This document shows positions 26,765 through 39,989 of a DNA stretch of 64,000 bases, piece after piece. How positions within the stretch are numbered: position 1 is the first letter of the stretch; each line of letters begins with the position of its first letter. Source of the stretch: Callorhinchus milii (Eukaryota); contig NW_024704742.1 in assembly GCF_018977255.1 (NCBI RefSeq), positions 137,146,001 to 137,210,000 of the forward strand. The letters run 5' to 3'. The notes under the pieces were generated by a model. That model worked only from the letters and a program-made list of their open reading frames with translations. It searched no databases and was not told the origin of the DNA. The translations under genes were made by a program, and so were the position numbers.

Positions 26765-26832
26765 ATAATTTTCACCATCAGATGAAGAGGGAGCTGTCAT
26801 ACAGAGAGGAGGTAACCCAGCAGTTACAGATG
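26765..26832 (+). CDS. SKOR2: SKOR2 coiled-coil exon (NNFHHQMKRELSYREEVTQQLQM)
   Basis: ccag acceptor and gtaagg donor. Matches SKOR NFQDQMKRELAYREEMVQQLQI. Confidence 0.9.
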
Positions 26833-27608
26833 GTAAGGAAATACTCTACACCAGTCATCTCAGGAGTGGCTTTGACTGGTCGCGGAGAAAGCAGCCCGTG
26901 TAATAATAGCTTTAACAATAATCCGTGTATTTAATACATAAATAAATAATCCTTGCATTTGATATAGCGCCTTATTATGTCATTGAGACATCTTAAAGCG
27001 CTGCACAGTGTACGTACTGTGGAGTGAATTCACTATATTTTGGGGAGAAAATGCAAGGACTGTGTATTTATTAATTGATATATCACCTTTCACTGGGAGA
27101 GTGTTTCAGCGAGCGATGATTCTAGGATTTCCAGTGCTGTACTGAGTTTTTTGGGCAACTAATTTGCGCAAAGCCGTGGCACAAACAGCCCTGGAGTGAG
27201 TGACCAATTTTATTTGGGGGATACTGGGAGAGAGAGAAAAACACCTTTCTCTGTTCGAATAGTGCCGTGGGATCTTAACATCCGGGCAGACAGGACCTCG
27301 GTTTAACATCTCACCTGAAGGACGGCACCTTTGACAATGTAGCACGTACCCAGCATTGCATTCAGCTTAGACGATGTGATTCAAAGTCCCGATGTGGGGC
27401 TTGAACCCGCAAACTTCTGACTCAGAGGCGCGAGAGAGAGAGAGAGAGAGAGAGAGAGCGCTACAGACTGACACACTGTCCCAGCATTTGTTTTAAACTT
27501 CGATGTTCATTCCAGAGCTCCCCCCTTGATGAAGACACAAACATTTCCTATTTAGAAACTGAGTAATATAAGAATGGTTGCTTTTGTCCAGGGAGAGAGA
27601 GCTTTTTT

Positions 27609-27932
27609 GGAGTCCAGTAGCTCAGTGGTTAGAGCACTCGCTTTGCAAGTGAGAGACCTAAGTTCAATTCCAGGCAGAGGGCGAAACCTTGGGCAAGTTT
27701 CCTTACTCCACACAGAGCCTAATAATAATCCCTCCAAAACCAAAAACAATAATAAAAATTGGTCATTTTCAATCTACGACTGTTTGTGGGACATTGCTGT
27801 GCGCAATTGGCTGCCGCGTTCGCCCACAAATATACAGTCAATTCACTTTACAGTGTGTTCTGTGAAGCGCTTTGGGACGTCCTCCTGACGTGAAAAGCGC
27901 TATATCAAATGCAAGGATTATTATTATTATTA
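27609..27932 (+). mobile_element. tRNA-derived SINE (left member of an inverted pair)
   Basis: Head, internally deleted body and (att)n tail. Confidence 0.85.
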
Positions 27933-28788
27933 TTTTTTGTGGAGTCCAACAGGGTAGTGGTTAACACGCGACTTGCAAGTGAGAGGACACGTGTTCGATT
28001 CCCGGCAGTGAGTCGGAACCGGATTGTTAGTCGATTGGCGGATCGCTCTTCTGGGGTTAATAATCCCTTTTAAAAAAAAAGTATTTGGTCACGTAATCCG
28101 CGGCTGTTTGTGGGACGCTGCTGTGCGCAATTGGCTGCCGCGTTTCGCCCACAAAATATAGTCAATTCACTTTACAGTATATTCTGCGAAGCGCTTTGAG
28201 ACGACAACAACAACACAATTCTATTTGTTTAGCGCCTTTCACGTCGGGAGGACGTCCCAAGGCACTGGGTCGCGTGTTAAAACACTGTATCAAATGCAAA
28301 GATTATTATTATTATTATTATTGCCTTTTCTATCTCCTACAGCCATTTCACCATCCAACTGTCTCTCTGTCTCTCTATCATTTTCCTCTCCCTCTTCGAT
28401 CTCTCTCCTTTACAGCAAAATCTGTGAAGCGCTTTGAGACGTCTCGATGACGTGACAAGGCGCTGTATCAAGTGCGAGGATTATTATTATTTATCTGCCG
28501 TTCCATTAACTATCTCTCTCTGTCTGTCTCCTCTCCTCTCACAGTTCTCTCCCTCTCTGATCCCAGTCTCTTTCTGTCTCTTTCTGATCAGTTTTCCTTC
28601 TCTTTTCCATGGGATATTGTACTCGTCATTATAATAATAATTGTTGAATTGACTGTGTATTTTGTGGGCGAAACACGGCAGCCAATTGCGCGCAGCAGCG
28701 TCCCACAAACAGTCGCGGATTGAAGTGACCAATTTATTCTTTTGGATCTATTTAATATGTATCTGCTTTGCTGTTTGTTATCTGTCAG

Positions 28789-28818
28789 ACCATTTCGCGT
28801 TTAAGTGCAAGACCTTAA
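28789..28818 (+). CDS. SKOR2: Candidate SKOR2 terminal exon (phase 0: TISRLSARP*; alternative frame is SKOR1-C-terminus-like)
   Basis: T-rich tract + tcag acceptor ending at 28788, in unique sequence. The other frame reads HFAFKCKTLKKHPSGKSIFMLPL, similar to the SKOR1 end. Confidence 0.45.
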   Translation, partial: TISRLSARP

Positions 28819-30344
28819 AGAAACATCCAAGCGGAAAAAGTATTTTTATGTTGCCTTTATTTTTGTGTACGTACTGGGGGAATTTTACACCAGAAAGGCA
28901 ATGGAAATGGCAGCTTCAAAACCTTCCCCGATCACGTGGTGCCACCCAGTGTCACAAATTCAAATAGCGCCAAAATACCGATACCAAAAGGCCTCGAAGG
29001 CCCTCACAGGGAATTGATGTCAAGGCCCGTGAGAGATTGTGGCACTTGCACAACAGCAACAGTGGCCAAAAGGACCAGTTTATCAGGGGATTGGCGGCCA
29101 GGGACACACCGCAGGATCTTTAAGGTCCACCTGAGGACCTTGGTTGAACCTCTCATCCGAAGATCGGAGTCACTGACAAGGCCGGGTTCCCCCCAGCGCT
29201 GCACTGGGGCGTCAGTCTGGACCGTGTCGGTTCGAAGACACCGGGCCCTGGGGTTTAGATCAGGACGGAAGACAAAACGACAACTTGCATTTATATTGCG
29301 CCCTTCGCGTCTCTTCGCTCTGAGGCGCCATGGAGGGCGCTATATAAATCCAAGTTGTTGTTGTTGTTGTTGTCTTCCTCTTCAACTGCTTACGGGCACC
29401 TCCTCCCTCCCCGCCGCTTGGGGTCAGGCTCCACCGCTGTTAAGCGCTCCAAGGCGCTATCCCGTCTGATTGGCGCTATATAAATGCAACTTATTGTTGT
29501 TTGAACCCACACTCAACAACAACAACATTACCTCTGCACACAGCGCCTTTCACATCGGCTTGTCGTCCAGAGCAGCTGGACAATCAGTGCTTCGGATCCG
29601 AGCTGGGGGTCGGGGAGGGCGCGGGGCAGGGGTTGGGGGAAGGGGAAAGAGGGGGTGATCTTCTGACTTAGTACCAACTGCTACCAACTGAGCCACAGTG
29701 TCACATCAAGATAAAGATGGGATCATTTCAGCATAAAGGGGACCATTCAGTCCACAGTTCCCTACTCTTCTAAACCGCCCTTTTATCAATTATAATTAAT
29801 TGCCTGACAAATGCGGAAACCCATCACCATACTGAAGAGTATCCAAACCACAAAGTCCTGTCACCCCAATGTTTTGTTTTCTACCCTGAAACAACTGACC
29901 AACAACTGAAACACGTGGAAGAATGACGATGATGGTATTTAGAAGCACTTCACTGAATTCAGGACAAGTGTTTTAACTGTATATAGATGGGGGTGAGTGA
30001 GTGAGTGAGTGCCATCATTTTCATGGCAAATAATGATCCATCACCAAGTTCAGTGCTTCATCTCTCGTAACATGGATGGAGTCAGTGAGGAGGAAGTTAC
30101 TGGTGTCAGACATTGTTACCCTCGACTCATTTGCAACAGGAAATACACATTCATTGTAAGAGAGAGAGAGAGAGGGTAATAATCCCCTCGAAAAATAATA
30201 ATAATTTGGTCACTCAATCCAGGCAATTGTCTGCTGTGTTTTTCCCACAAAATATACACTCCGCAGTATATTCTGTGAAGTGATTTGTACATCTCGCAAA
30301 CGTGATAAGTCGCTATAGAAAATGCAAAGATTATTATTAATAAT

Positions 30345-30663
30345 ATATAATAATAATCCTTGCATTTGATATAGCGCTTTTCACATCTTTTAGACGTCCC
30401 AAAGCGCTTCACAGAATATACCATAAAGTGAATTGACTGTATATTTGTGGGCGAACGCGGCAGCCAATTGCGCACAGCAATGTCCCACAAACAGTCGTAG
30501 ATTGAAAATCACCAATTTATTATTGTTTTGGTTTTGGAGGGATTATTATTAGGCTCTGTGTGGAGTAAGGAAACTTGCCCAAGGTTTCGCCCTCTGCCTG
30601 GAATTGAACCCCAGGTGTCTCGCTTGCAAAGCGAGTGCTCTAACCACTGCGCTCCAGGACTCC
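30345..30663 (-). mobile_element. tRNA-derived SINE (right member of an inverted pair)
   Basis: Reverse complement is near-identical to 27609-27932. Confidence 0.85.
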
Positions 30664-30941
30664 ACTAGTGCCATACCTCCTGATCAGGCAGTCAGGAGTT
30701 TGGTTTAACATCTCATCGAATAGAGCAACCCTCCCCCAGCACTGCACTGGAATGTCAGCCTTGGACTGTGAGTTCAAAGTCCTAACGTAGTGTGTGAATC
30801 CACAACGTGTGAGACGTCTCAAGCCCTGACCTGAATCTATGAGATGTTAAACTGGAGTCTTGTCTTTACCTATTCAACAGCAGCACATCAGAGGGCTGTG
30901 CGCGTTCAAGATTTTGTGACGCAATTGGAAAAGAGAAGGCA

Positions 30942-30972
<31 letters not shown>

Positions 30973-32392
30973 CCCCCCGGTGTCCTGGCTAACAATCCCC
31001 CCCCAGATAAATTTGGTCACTCACTCCTTGGCTGTTCGTGGGGCACTGACTGCTGTGTGCAAATTGGCTGTAGCGCTTTGTCCACAAAATCTACACGATC
31101 ACACTCACTGTCGAGTCTATCCTGTGAAGGGCTTTTAGCCACCTCGATGACGTGCTGAGGCGCCGTATGAAAATACAAGGGTTGTTATTATATTATTGGT
31201 ATCGGGGAGCTTCTCAGATGACAGCTCACCGCAGTGCGGAGAATGCAGTGTGTGTAACCCTGGCGTCTCTCCCGATCCCCCCAGATCCCGTACACAGCCG
31301 GCCTGGGGAGGAAGGAGAAACTCAACTCACAGCTCAACAAAAGCTAAAAGGTAAGATGGGCGCAAAGGTAAGGTTGCCAACTCTGGCTGGACGTCCTGTG
31401 GGACGGATGGGTGCTGAGCTGCGTTGCTGGGAAGCTACAGGGAGATCCTGGTACCTGCCGTCTACCTCGTGAGGCTCAAACCCTCGCTCGTCGGATGTTG
31501 AACGACCCACTAGCAACTGTCCTCCTTGGGGGGAGGAAAGTGGAGGGGGTCTCCTCGGAGCTGAACAGGCTCCAAGGTGACACATTTGGCAATGGAAAGT
31601 CAGAATCAAGCCCGCCCTTGTTCTAGCTGGACAAGCAGCGGGAAAGCTTGCCAGACAGTTATAAAGTGAGACAGCACTTTGAGGGAGGGTCAGCCAACTT
31701 AGTCAATGGTCATCAGGAGCATGGCCTCTTCAGCCCACCACATAGCAGTGTGTTGTTGTTGTTGTCAGAGAGGACCTTATGCTTAGACTCCAGCAGTTTC
31801 CCCAGCGTAAACTCTGGGTTCCCTAAGCCTTGGCTCTTGCCAACCTACGCCTAATGCTTTCCGGAACTAGGTAAGCAGGGATGCATCCCTCCAGGGAGAG
31901 AGAGAGCGCATTCCAATACAACAATCTATCTCTGAGATTTCTGCCGGGGAAATGGGGAACCAGTGGGTCCGGGCGAGGATGGGGGTGATTGGATGGGGCG
32001 GGAGAGGACACCAGCTGCAGAGTTCTGGATGTGTAGGGAGGAGATAGTGGTGATATGAATTGACGGCTGTTTCTCTGGTGCCAGGCAGAGGACACACATC
32101 GCCGTGCTCAGCAACACCTTGTTTATAAGACACCGGCCTCTTGGGCAAGTCTCCAACTTGTGCCCACGGCAACCAACCCGAGTGACAGACGGCCGAGGGC
32201 ATTGAAGCACAAAGACATCGAAATCAGCAGCAAAAATATCCAAATCAAGCAGAAATCATCGATTCTCCCCCAAATAATCCCCTCCAAATAAACCCCACCT
32301 TGTACCTGTTAGTTCACATGTTGTTAGTAGCTGAGAAACTACCGCAGACCGGTTCACCCACCGGTAGGTACATCATTTGTCATGTGAAGATT

Positions 32393-32575
32393 CCTGGTGA
32401 GAACATGCTAGAGACATTGGTGAGAACATGCTAAGGACGTGGGTGAGAACACGCTCAGTACATGGGCAACCCCCGTTAAGGTGACCATTGAAAACATGCT
32501 AAGACTATGGGTGAGAACATGCTAAGGACACTGATGAGAACATGCGTGGCCATCGAGAACATGCTAAGAACATGG
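32393..32575. repeat. Degenerate ~23-bp tandem repeat (gagaacatgctaagga...)
   Basis: About 7 recurrences of gaacatgct. Confidence 0.75.
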
Positions 32576-32689
32576 GTGGGCCCATCATAAGGAGGACATT
32601 GTTTCGTGTCATCTGCCACCGCCACAACATGTGGACAAGGAGCGAGATAATCTTGGAGGCAAGCACACCCCCAGGCTCCTCTTCTACAC

Positions 32690-34150
32690 CACTAACCACC
32701 TCCTCCATCCTCTCCTCCCTCCCCACCTCCGCCTCACTCCCCGACCCTCGCTATTCACCCTCCCCCTATCCCCTCACCTCCATCACCTCAAAAATTAAGC
32801 CCACCACCTGCTCCCTCGACCCTCCCCACCCCAATCCTCACCTCCCAGCTCCACTCCTGGTCCCCTCTTCTAACCAACATCATCAACCTCTGGCATTGTT
32901 CCCANCCCCCCACCTAAAAACAGATGTCATCACCCCCCTCCTCAAAAACCTACCCTGGACACTACATCACTACTCTTCAGCTATCGTTCCATCTCCAACC
33001 TCACATTTCTCTTGAAGGCTCTGGAACGAGTTGTGTCCAGCTTCGCTCTTTCCTCTCCCGCCATTCCCTCTATGAACCCCTCCAGTCGGGTTTCCTGCCC
33101 TTACCTGGTTCAAATCCTATCTCTCCCACCATCTCCACTTTGTCTCCACTAATGGCTTCTCCTCCAGCCCCCGCACCATCACGTGTGGCGTCCCTCAGGG
33201 CTCTGTCCTTTGTCCCCTCTTCAACATTTACATGCTCTGTCTTGGTGACGTCATCCGTAGTCATGGTGTCAACTTCCACATGTATGCAGATAGCACTCTA
33301 CCTCTCCGCCCCCACCCTCGACTCCAGGACCACTGCTGTCCTGACAGAATGTCTGTCGGACATCAAGTCCTGGATGAGAGCTAACTTCCTCCAGTTGAAT
33401 GTCAACAAGACCGAGGCTTTCCTGCTTGATTCCCATCAGCATCTCCATCCCTCTGGTGCTGAAATCGTTCATGGATGCACACTACACCTCAAGGAGCCAA
33501 TACAGACCTCCGTGTCCTGTTTGACCCTCAACTGTCCTTCGTACCCCATATCTGTGCCATGACCCGCTCTGCTTTTCTCCACCTCCGAAATATTGCCCGG
33601 CTCTGCCACTGTCTTTCACTGCAGGCCACCGAAACCTTCATCCATGCATTCATCAAATCCAACTCCCTTCTGGTCGGTCTCCCCAACTCCTCCCTCCACA
33701 AGCTGCAGATCATCCCTGTCCTCTCCCGCATCAACTTCTGCAACTCTATCACTCCCATCCTTGCCCGACTCCACTGGCTTCCCATCACACAGAGGATACA
33801 GTTCAAGATCCTGGTCCTCACCTTCAAAGCCGTCCCAGGCCTTGCTCCCCCTCTGTGACCTTCTAACCCCCTACTAACCTCTCCACTCCGGCCTGCTTCA
33901 CATCCCTTGCCTTCCCCACCATTGGTGGACGGGCCTTCAGCCTCTCTGCCCCCACCCTCTGGAACTCCATCACACAGTCCCTCCACCTCACCCTCTCCCT
34001 TGCCTCCTTCAAGATCCTCCTCTTCGATCATGCCTTCGATCACCCTCCTCTTCCCGCCCTCCCCCAACCCGATCCCAACCACCAGCTCGGCTGTGGATCC
34101 CTGACTGTCCAGCGCCTTAGGACATCCTCCTGATATGAAAGGCGCTACAC
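32690..34150 (+). mobile_element. Degraded L2-clade LINE, RT region to 3' tail
   Basis: Frameshifted pieces [15 protein letters not shown]-like, [55 protein letters not shown], and tail tgaaaggcgcta. Confidence 0.9.
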
Positions 34151-35429
34151 AAATGTGCAAAGGGCCACCAAGAAGCTGCTTGTCACCTGTCGTCTCACCC
34201 AGCAAATCCTCCCGGGACAAACACAACACCAACCAGACACCAACCCCAACCCCCAAACCCCAACCTCCCCAATCCCAACCCCAGTCCCAACCCCAATCTG
34301 GAGGAAGAAACCCTTCAATTTCAGTCCAGTCCCGCTTTTGCCTGCTTTTAAATTACTATCCCCTTAAATAAGAATATCCTTTATCACTTGAAATATTTTG
34401 GCTTTAAATATTGCGTGTACTAATTATTTACTGTTATTATTAAAATGTATTTACATCCCCCTTTGTGTCACCCTCTTACTTGCTGCGAGTCTCTCTCTCC
34501 TTCGCTCTCTCTCTCTCTCTCGTTGCATGACACAGTCTCTGAACTTCTCTGCTCTTTTGAAGAGCCACCCTTTGAGTCCCATTTACCTAACGTCCTATTC
34601 CCACCACCACACCAATGACTCCTGGAAGGGCAAACCAGTCACTGGGAGCAGGGAATCCTCCTACTCAGCTCCTGCCAACCCTGCAAGCCAAAGCCCTAAC
34701 AGGTACGGTGGTCCTAGCTGGACAAGCAGTGGACGTTGGATACTCGTAAGCAGGGTGATGGATTTCCGCATGTATCAGAGACCCGGTTGACCAAAAAAGT
34801 AAAGGCTCCTTTATTGATATCTATCCAGTTCCTTTGTGAAAGCTGATATGGTTCCTGCCCCAAACACTGCTCCCAGACCAGGTGGGTTTCAGCCCTGACT
34901 CCGTGGAACTGGAGCTCACAGTCCGGGCTGACCCTCCAGTGCGGTGCTAGGGGGAGCGTTGCTTTGTTGGAGATGTTAAATGGGGTTCCCAGGTTCAGTG
35001 TCAAACCCTCCGAGTCGCCAGCCCACTTAATGTTTTGTTGTCATTAAGTGAAACACACTGGACGAGCGATGTTTCTTCGGGTTATATCTGCTCGGAGGGA
35101 GCTTTCTCCTCGTTTCATTTCTACTTGGAGACGTCGTCAGACGGGAACACACCAATGGGATCAGCCAAGGGATAGGGAGTGTTTCAGCTGTCAGGTGGCC
35201 AGTGGGTCAACCCGGCTCAGTCGCTCTCCCCCCACCCCACTCCCACGCTGTATTGTCAGAGGAACTGTGATTCGGATCAGACGTTTAACTGAGATTTATC
35301 GGTACCTGTTCAGATAGCACCTCCCTATGTCTCTGATACCCAGTCAATTCACTTTACAGTATATTCTGTGAAGCGCTGTGAGCTGCCTCGAAGACGCGAT
35401 AAGGCACAATATCAAATGTAAGATAAGGC

Positions 35430-36120
35430 ACCCTCTCCAATGCCTTGACATCCTTCCTAAAGTGTGGGGCCCAGAACTGAACACAGTCTCTATCTGAGGC
35501 CTAATCAGTGTTTTATATAAAGGTTCATCATAACTTCCTGACATTTGTATTCTATGACCCTATTTATAAAGCCGAGTATTCCGTATGATTTTTTTAACGG
35601 CTTTATTTATCTGTCCTGCCACCTGCAAAGATTTATGTACTTGTACTTATATGAACCCCCAGGTCTCTCTGTTCCTTCACCCCCTTTAAGATTCTACCAT
35701 CAGCTTATGTTGCCTCTCCTCACTCCTCCTCCCAAAAAGCATCATTTCGCATTTATCCACATTAAACTTTGTCTGCCATGTATCTGCCCATTTTACCAGT
35801 CTGTCTATATCCTCTTGCATTCTGCTACTATCCTCCTCACTATTCACTACTTTTCCAAGGTTAGTATCATCTGCAAACTTGGAAATTGTCCTCCCTGTAC
35901 CCAAGTCCAGGTACATAATATAGATCAAAAACAGCAGTGGTCCCAATACCGACCCCCGGGGGGACACCACTGCACACTTCCCTTCAGTCAGAAAAACAAC
36001 TGTTCTCCACACACTGCTTTTGGTCTCCCATCCAGTTCTGTATCCGCTGCCACTGTCCCTTTAATACCGTGGGCTTCTACTTTGCTTACAAGTCTCTTAT
36101 GTGGCACTTTATCAAACTGG
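35430..36120 (-). mobile_element. CR1-clade LINE RT fragment
   Basis: [47 protein letters not shown] and LYKTLIRP motifs. Confidence 0.9.
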
Positions 36121-36489
36121 ACACAGTACTCTTAAGTATGGTCTCACGAATGATTTATACAGCGGCAGGAATGCCCCACTATTTTGGCTGCTGTTGATCT
36201 TTTGATACATCCCATCATCTGGTTTGCTTTACTTATTGCCCCAGAGGATTGTCGGGAGAGCTTCAATTTATTGTCAAGTTGTATATAAGTGCAAGTTCTT
36301 GTTGTTGTTTCTTACCGCTCTGCTCGCCCTCTCCACATTGGCTAACTCAATCTTGCTCTGTGTTTCCCATCACGGACTGAGCCTGGAACGCTCTACTGAT
36401 CCTGTCCATGTCAAGCTCCGAAATATTGTCAACATTTACTTCACGGCTGTTTGTGGGACGTTGCTACAAATACAGTCACTGCGCTTTGC

Positions 36490-36935
36490 TCCGTACCCCC
36501 ATCACCCCAGTCCTTGCCAGGCTCCACCGGCTCCCAATCACCGAACGGTTCGATTTCAAGATCCTCTCACTCGTTTTCAAATCCCTTCATGTCCCCGCAC
36601 CTCCCTACAACCTCCGACTGCTTACCCCACCCACTCCCCCCACTCCACTAATCGCTGCCTCCGCTCGGCCACTTCCGGCCTCCTATTTGTCCCTCGTGTC
36701 CTCCATTGCACCATCGGTGGCTACGCCTTCAGGCACTACGCCCCGAAACTCTGGAACTCTCTCCCTCAATCCCTCCGTCTCGCCCCCTTCCCTCCCTCCC
36801 CATCTAAAGACCTTCCTCTTTGATCGCGCTTAAGGCCACATCACCCCACCCCCCCCCCCACCACCCGGTTCAGCGTTGCGCTCCGGGACGCTACCCTGTG
36901 TGAAGGGCTGCATATAAACGCAAGTTGTTGTTGTT
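36490..36935 (+). mobile_element. L2 LINE 3' end
   Basis: ITPVLARLHRLPITERFDFKIL and [19 protein letters not shown], with a (ttg)n tail. Confidence 0.88.
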
Positions 36936-37574
36936 GCAGTATATCCTGTGGACCTCTTGGGAGACCTTTGGACCATTTGAGGATTTAGGACACCCTCTGT
37001 CCTAGTTATTGGTCTCTCGCTGCCACCTTGCGGCGATGATGGTGTAAGACAGCTGAGGATTCCATTCCCTCTCCTCCTTTCCATCCTCCCAGACCGGTTG
37101 AGGCAGAGAAAAACATCAAACATTCAGAGAAACCTCGATATTTTAAGCTCTTCTTTACAGCTCATTCTCGCTGTACGTAGCGTAACTCTCTCTCCCTCTC
37201 TCTCTCCCTCTCTCTGCAGTTTATTCTCTATTGTATATTTTTTGTGTCCGTGTCCTGTGCTCTCTCTGTACTTACTGTAATTCTCTGTGCTCTACTCCCC
37301 CTAATTATTTCGCCCACAAAATCCCCTTTACGGTATATCTTGTGAAGCGCTTTGGGACGTTATGATAAGACGTTATATCAAATGTAGCTAAATACAGCTC
37401 ATTCTCTCTCTGTATCGTGCAGCGCACTCTGTCTCTCTGTACTTTATTTCTCTTTTATATATAGTGTATCTCTCAATTTTAATCCTCTCTGTACAATGTA
37501 ACTCTCCATATATGTATGATTCTCTCTATATTTAGTGTAACTCTTATTTCTATACAATGTAACTCTCCCTCTCT

Positions 37575-37900
37575 CTATATACATATATATACACATATAT
37601 ACATATATACACACATATATACACACACACATATATACACACATATATACATATGTATACACATATATACACATATACACATATACACACATATATACAC
37701 ATATATACACACGTATATACACACGTATATACACACACATATATACATATGTATACATATATATACACATATACACACATATACACATATACACACATAT
37801 ATACATATATATACACACGTATATACACACGTATACACACACACATACACATATATATACATATATACACACATATACATATATACACACATATATATAT
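37575..37900. repeat. (TA)/(CA) compound microsatellite upstream of IER3IP1
   Basis: Direct inspection. Confidence 0.95.
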
Positions 37901-38029
37901 GATTCTCTCTGTGTATAGTGTATCTCTGTGTATTTTATTGTCTCTGTACACTGTGACTCTCTGAGCTGAGCTGTGCTGTCAGTGTGTCCCTGACTGACTG
38001 TGTGTGGGTACACACACACACACACACAC

Positions 38030-38450
38030 GCGGTTGGGGTGAGCTCAGGGGCAGTAGTTTGGGGCAGTGGTTTTGAGTTCCGCGTTGCGGGGCTCTGAGC
38101 CTCGTGTCCGCGCTGAGCCGCCGTCCCGGCCCCGCCCCCTGCCCTCAGGCCCCGCCCCCCAGGCCCCGCCCCCCCGCCGCCATCATGGCGCTGACGCTTT
38201 ACTCGCTGCTCCAGGCCGCGCTGCTCTGTGTGAACGCCGTGGCCGTACTGCACGAGGAGCGCTTCCTCAACAAGAGTGAGTTCACCGGGAGCCGCGTCGG
38301 GGCTCAAAAGAAAGAAAAAAATAAAAAAAAAACCGCCGCCGCCGCCGCTTAAAGGGCCGGAGCGGCCCTGTGTTTTTCGTCGGCCGCGAAAAAAAAGCGC
38401 GTCGGTGCCCTTAAAGGGGAAGTGGCGTTGTTAAAGGGGAGGGCGCAGGG
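38030..38450 (+). promoter_or_regulatory. CpG-island-like promoter of IER3IP1 with GC boxes
   Basis: Locally GC/CpG-rich, with several CCCCGCCCC boxes just upstream of the ATG. Confidence 0.75.
38185..38275 (+). CDS. IER3IP1: Immediate early response 3-interacting protein 1 (Yos1 family), exon 1
   Basis: MALTLYSLLQAALLCVNAVAVLHEERFLNK; Kozak-like atcATGg; gtgagt donor; 91 nt. Confidence 0.97.
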
Positions 38451-38639
38451 ACTTTATTGGCGGATATCTCTGTCCAGGACACAGGGGAGTGGCGGTTGTT
38501 GGGGTCCAGACCCCTTGTGTCTGTTGACTGGTGTTTAATTGTCTTTTTTTAACCTGTTTATTTTATTTCTGGCTGATATATACTTTCTTCCACCCCCACC
38601 CCCCCCCCCCATCGCCCCCAATCCCCCCCAGAGTCTGAC

Positions 38640-39405
38640 CGTGGCCGTGGCCGGGTCTCGCCTCTCGAGTCAGGAGGTTGTGGGGTTCGAGTCTCCACCT
38701 CTCGGATCGTGAGCCGACGGCGCAGAGACGCCGTCCTTCAGCTGAGACGTTAAGCCGAGCTCCCGCCCGTGCCCTGGTCAGGCGGACGTTGAGGATCCCG
38801 CGACGCTATTGGGAGAGAGATGGGAGTTTCTTTCTCCCTGGTGTCCTCGCCGACAATTCCCCCCCCTCTCCCCTCCCCCCCCCCCCCCCCCCACCCCACC
38901 CCGAAATACAATTGGTGGCTCGGCTCGCGGCAGTTTCAGGCACGTTGCTGTGTGCAAATTGCGCTGCTGTGTTTTCCTGCAAAGGCTCTTTGAGACACTC
39001 TCATGCGTTGTCACGGCTTAACCCGAACGCTTTATGTACACGTGGAGACCTGTAGCGTAGTGGTTACAGCGCTCGCCTCGAAAGCACGAGGACCTGAGTG
39101 CAGTTCCCAGGCACGGGCGAAACCTTAGGCAAGTTTCTTTTCTCCACGCTCCTCTGCTTACTTAGCAGTAAGCAAGAATCCGCTTGTTAGTCGAGTAGCA
39201 GATCGCTTTCCGTGTGTAATAATCTCCCCCCCAAAAAAAACATTGATCACTCAATCCACGACTGGACACCGCTGTCTGCAATCGGCTGCGACGTTTCACC
39301 CAAAAGGCGCACCGTGAATCCACTTTACAGTATATTCTGTGAAGCGCTTTGTGACGTCTCCACGACATGATAAGGTGCTATTTCAAATGCAAGGATTATT
39401 ATTAT
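38640..39405 (+). mobile_element. Two tandem SINEs (SacSINE-like, then tRNA-head type) in IER3IP1 intron 1
   Basis: Both head types are present, with the shared Deu body. Confidence 0.75.
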
Positions 39406-39989
39406 AATAAAAAACTACATGGATTCCCCTTCAATCGCTGTGTTTTGGTTGTGTTTTCATGTCCCAACAACTGCACGTAAAGAAAATTACCTTTAGTAAT
39501 TTTAGTAATTTTTGGTGATGAATATAGTAAATTTGACAATTTCTTTTAGATATAATCAATTGCCATTTCACGTCGTCAACCTCTCAAAGGGCTTAAGGGG
39601 ATTTCCCTGTGGGGTGTTGTGCCGTGTGTTTACAGGTGAACGCAGCAGCTAATTTGCACACAACCCATCTCACAAACAGCAGGAAAAGTGAATGAGCAAT
39701 TTTACCTGGAGGATTGTTGACCTGGACACAAGGACAATTCCCTTACCCTCATGATCTCAAGTGTATTCCCTCTAGTTACTCACTCCATAGATGGAAATAG
39801 CTTCCCTCTATTTAGGCGATCGAAATCCCTGATCCTTTCAACTGTCACAGTTCTTTTAAGCATTCTGAGACGCCGCCTTCCGTGACGGGTGCTATTAGAA
39901 ATGCAACTCGTCTCCTCTCGACCGACTCTGTTTGCAGTAAAAACAGGTACAATTTCTCCAGCCTCCTAACCCTAACCTGGTGAATCTAT

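Noticed and set aside
27516..27566. Alternative SKOR2 terminal exon (SSPLDEDTNISYLETE*)
   Set aside because: Weak acceptor and no clear homology; cannot be excluded without transcripts.
32393..32575. Repeat-spacer-like pattern suggestive of CRISPR
   Set aside because: Irregular degenerate minisatellite in a vertebrate context with no cas genes.
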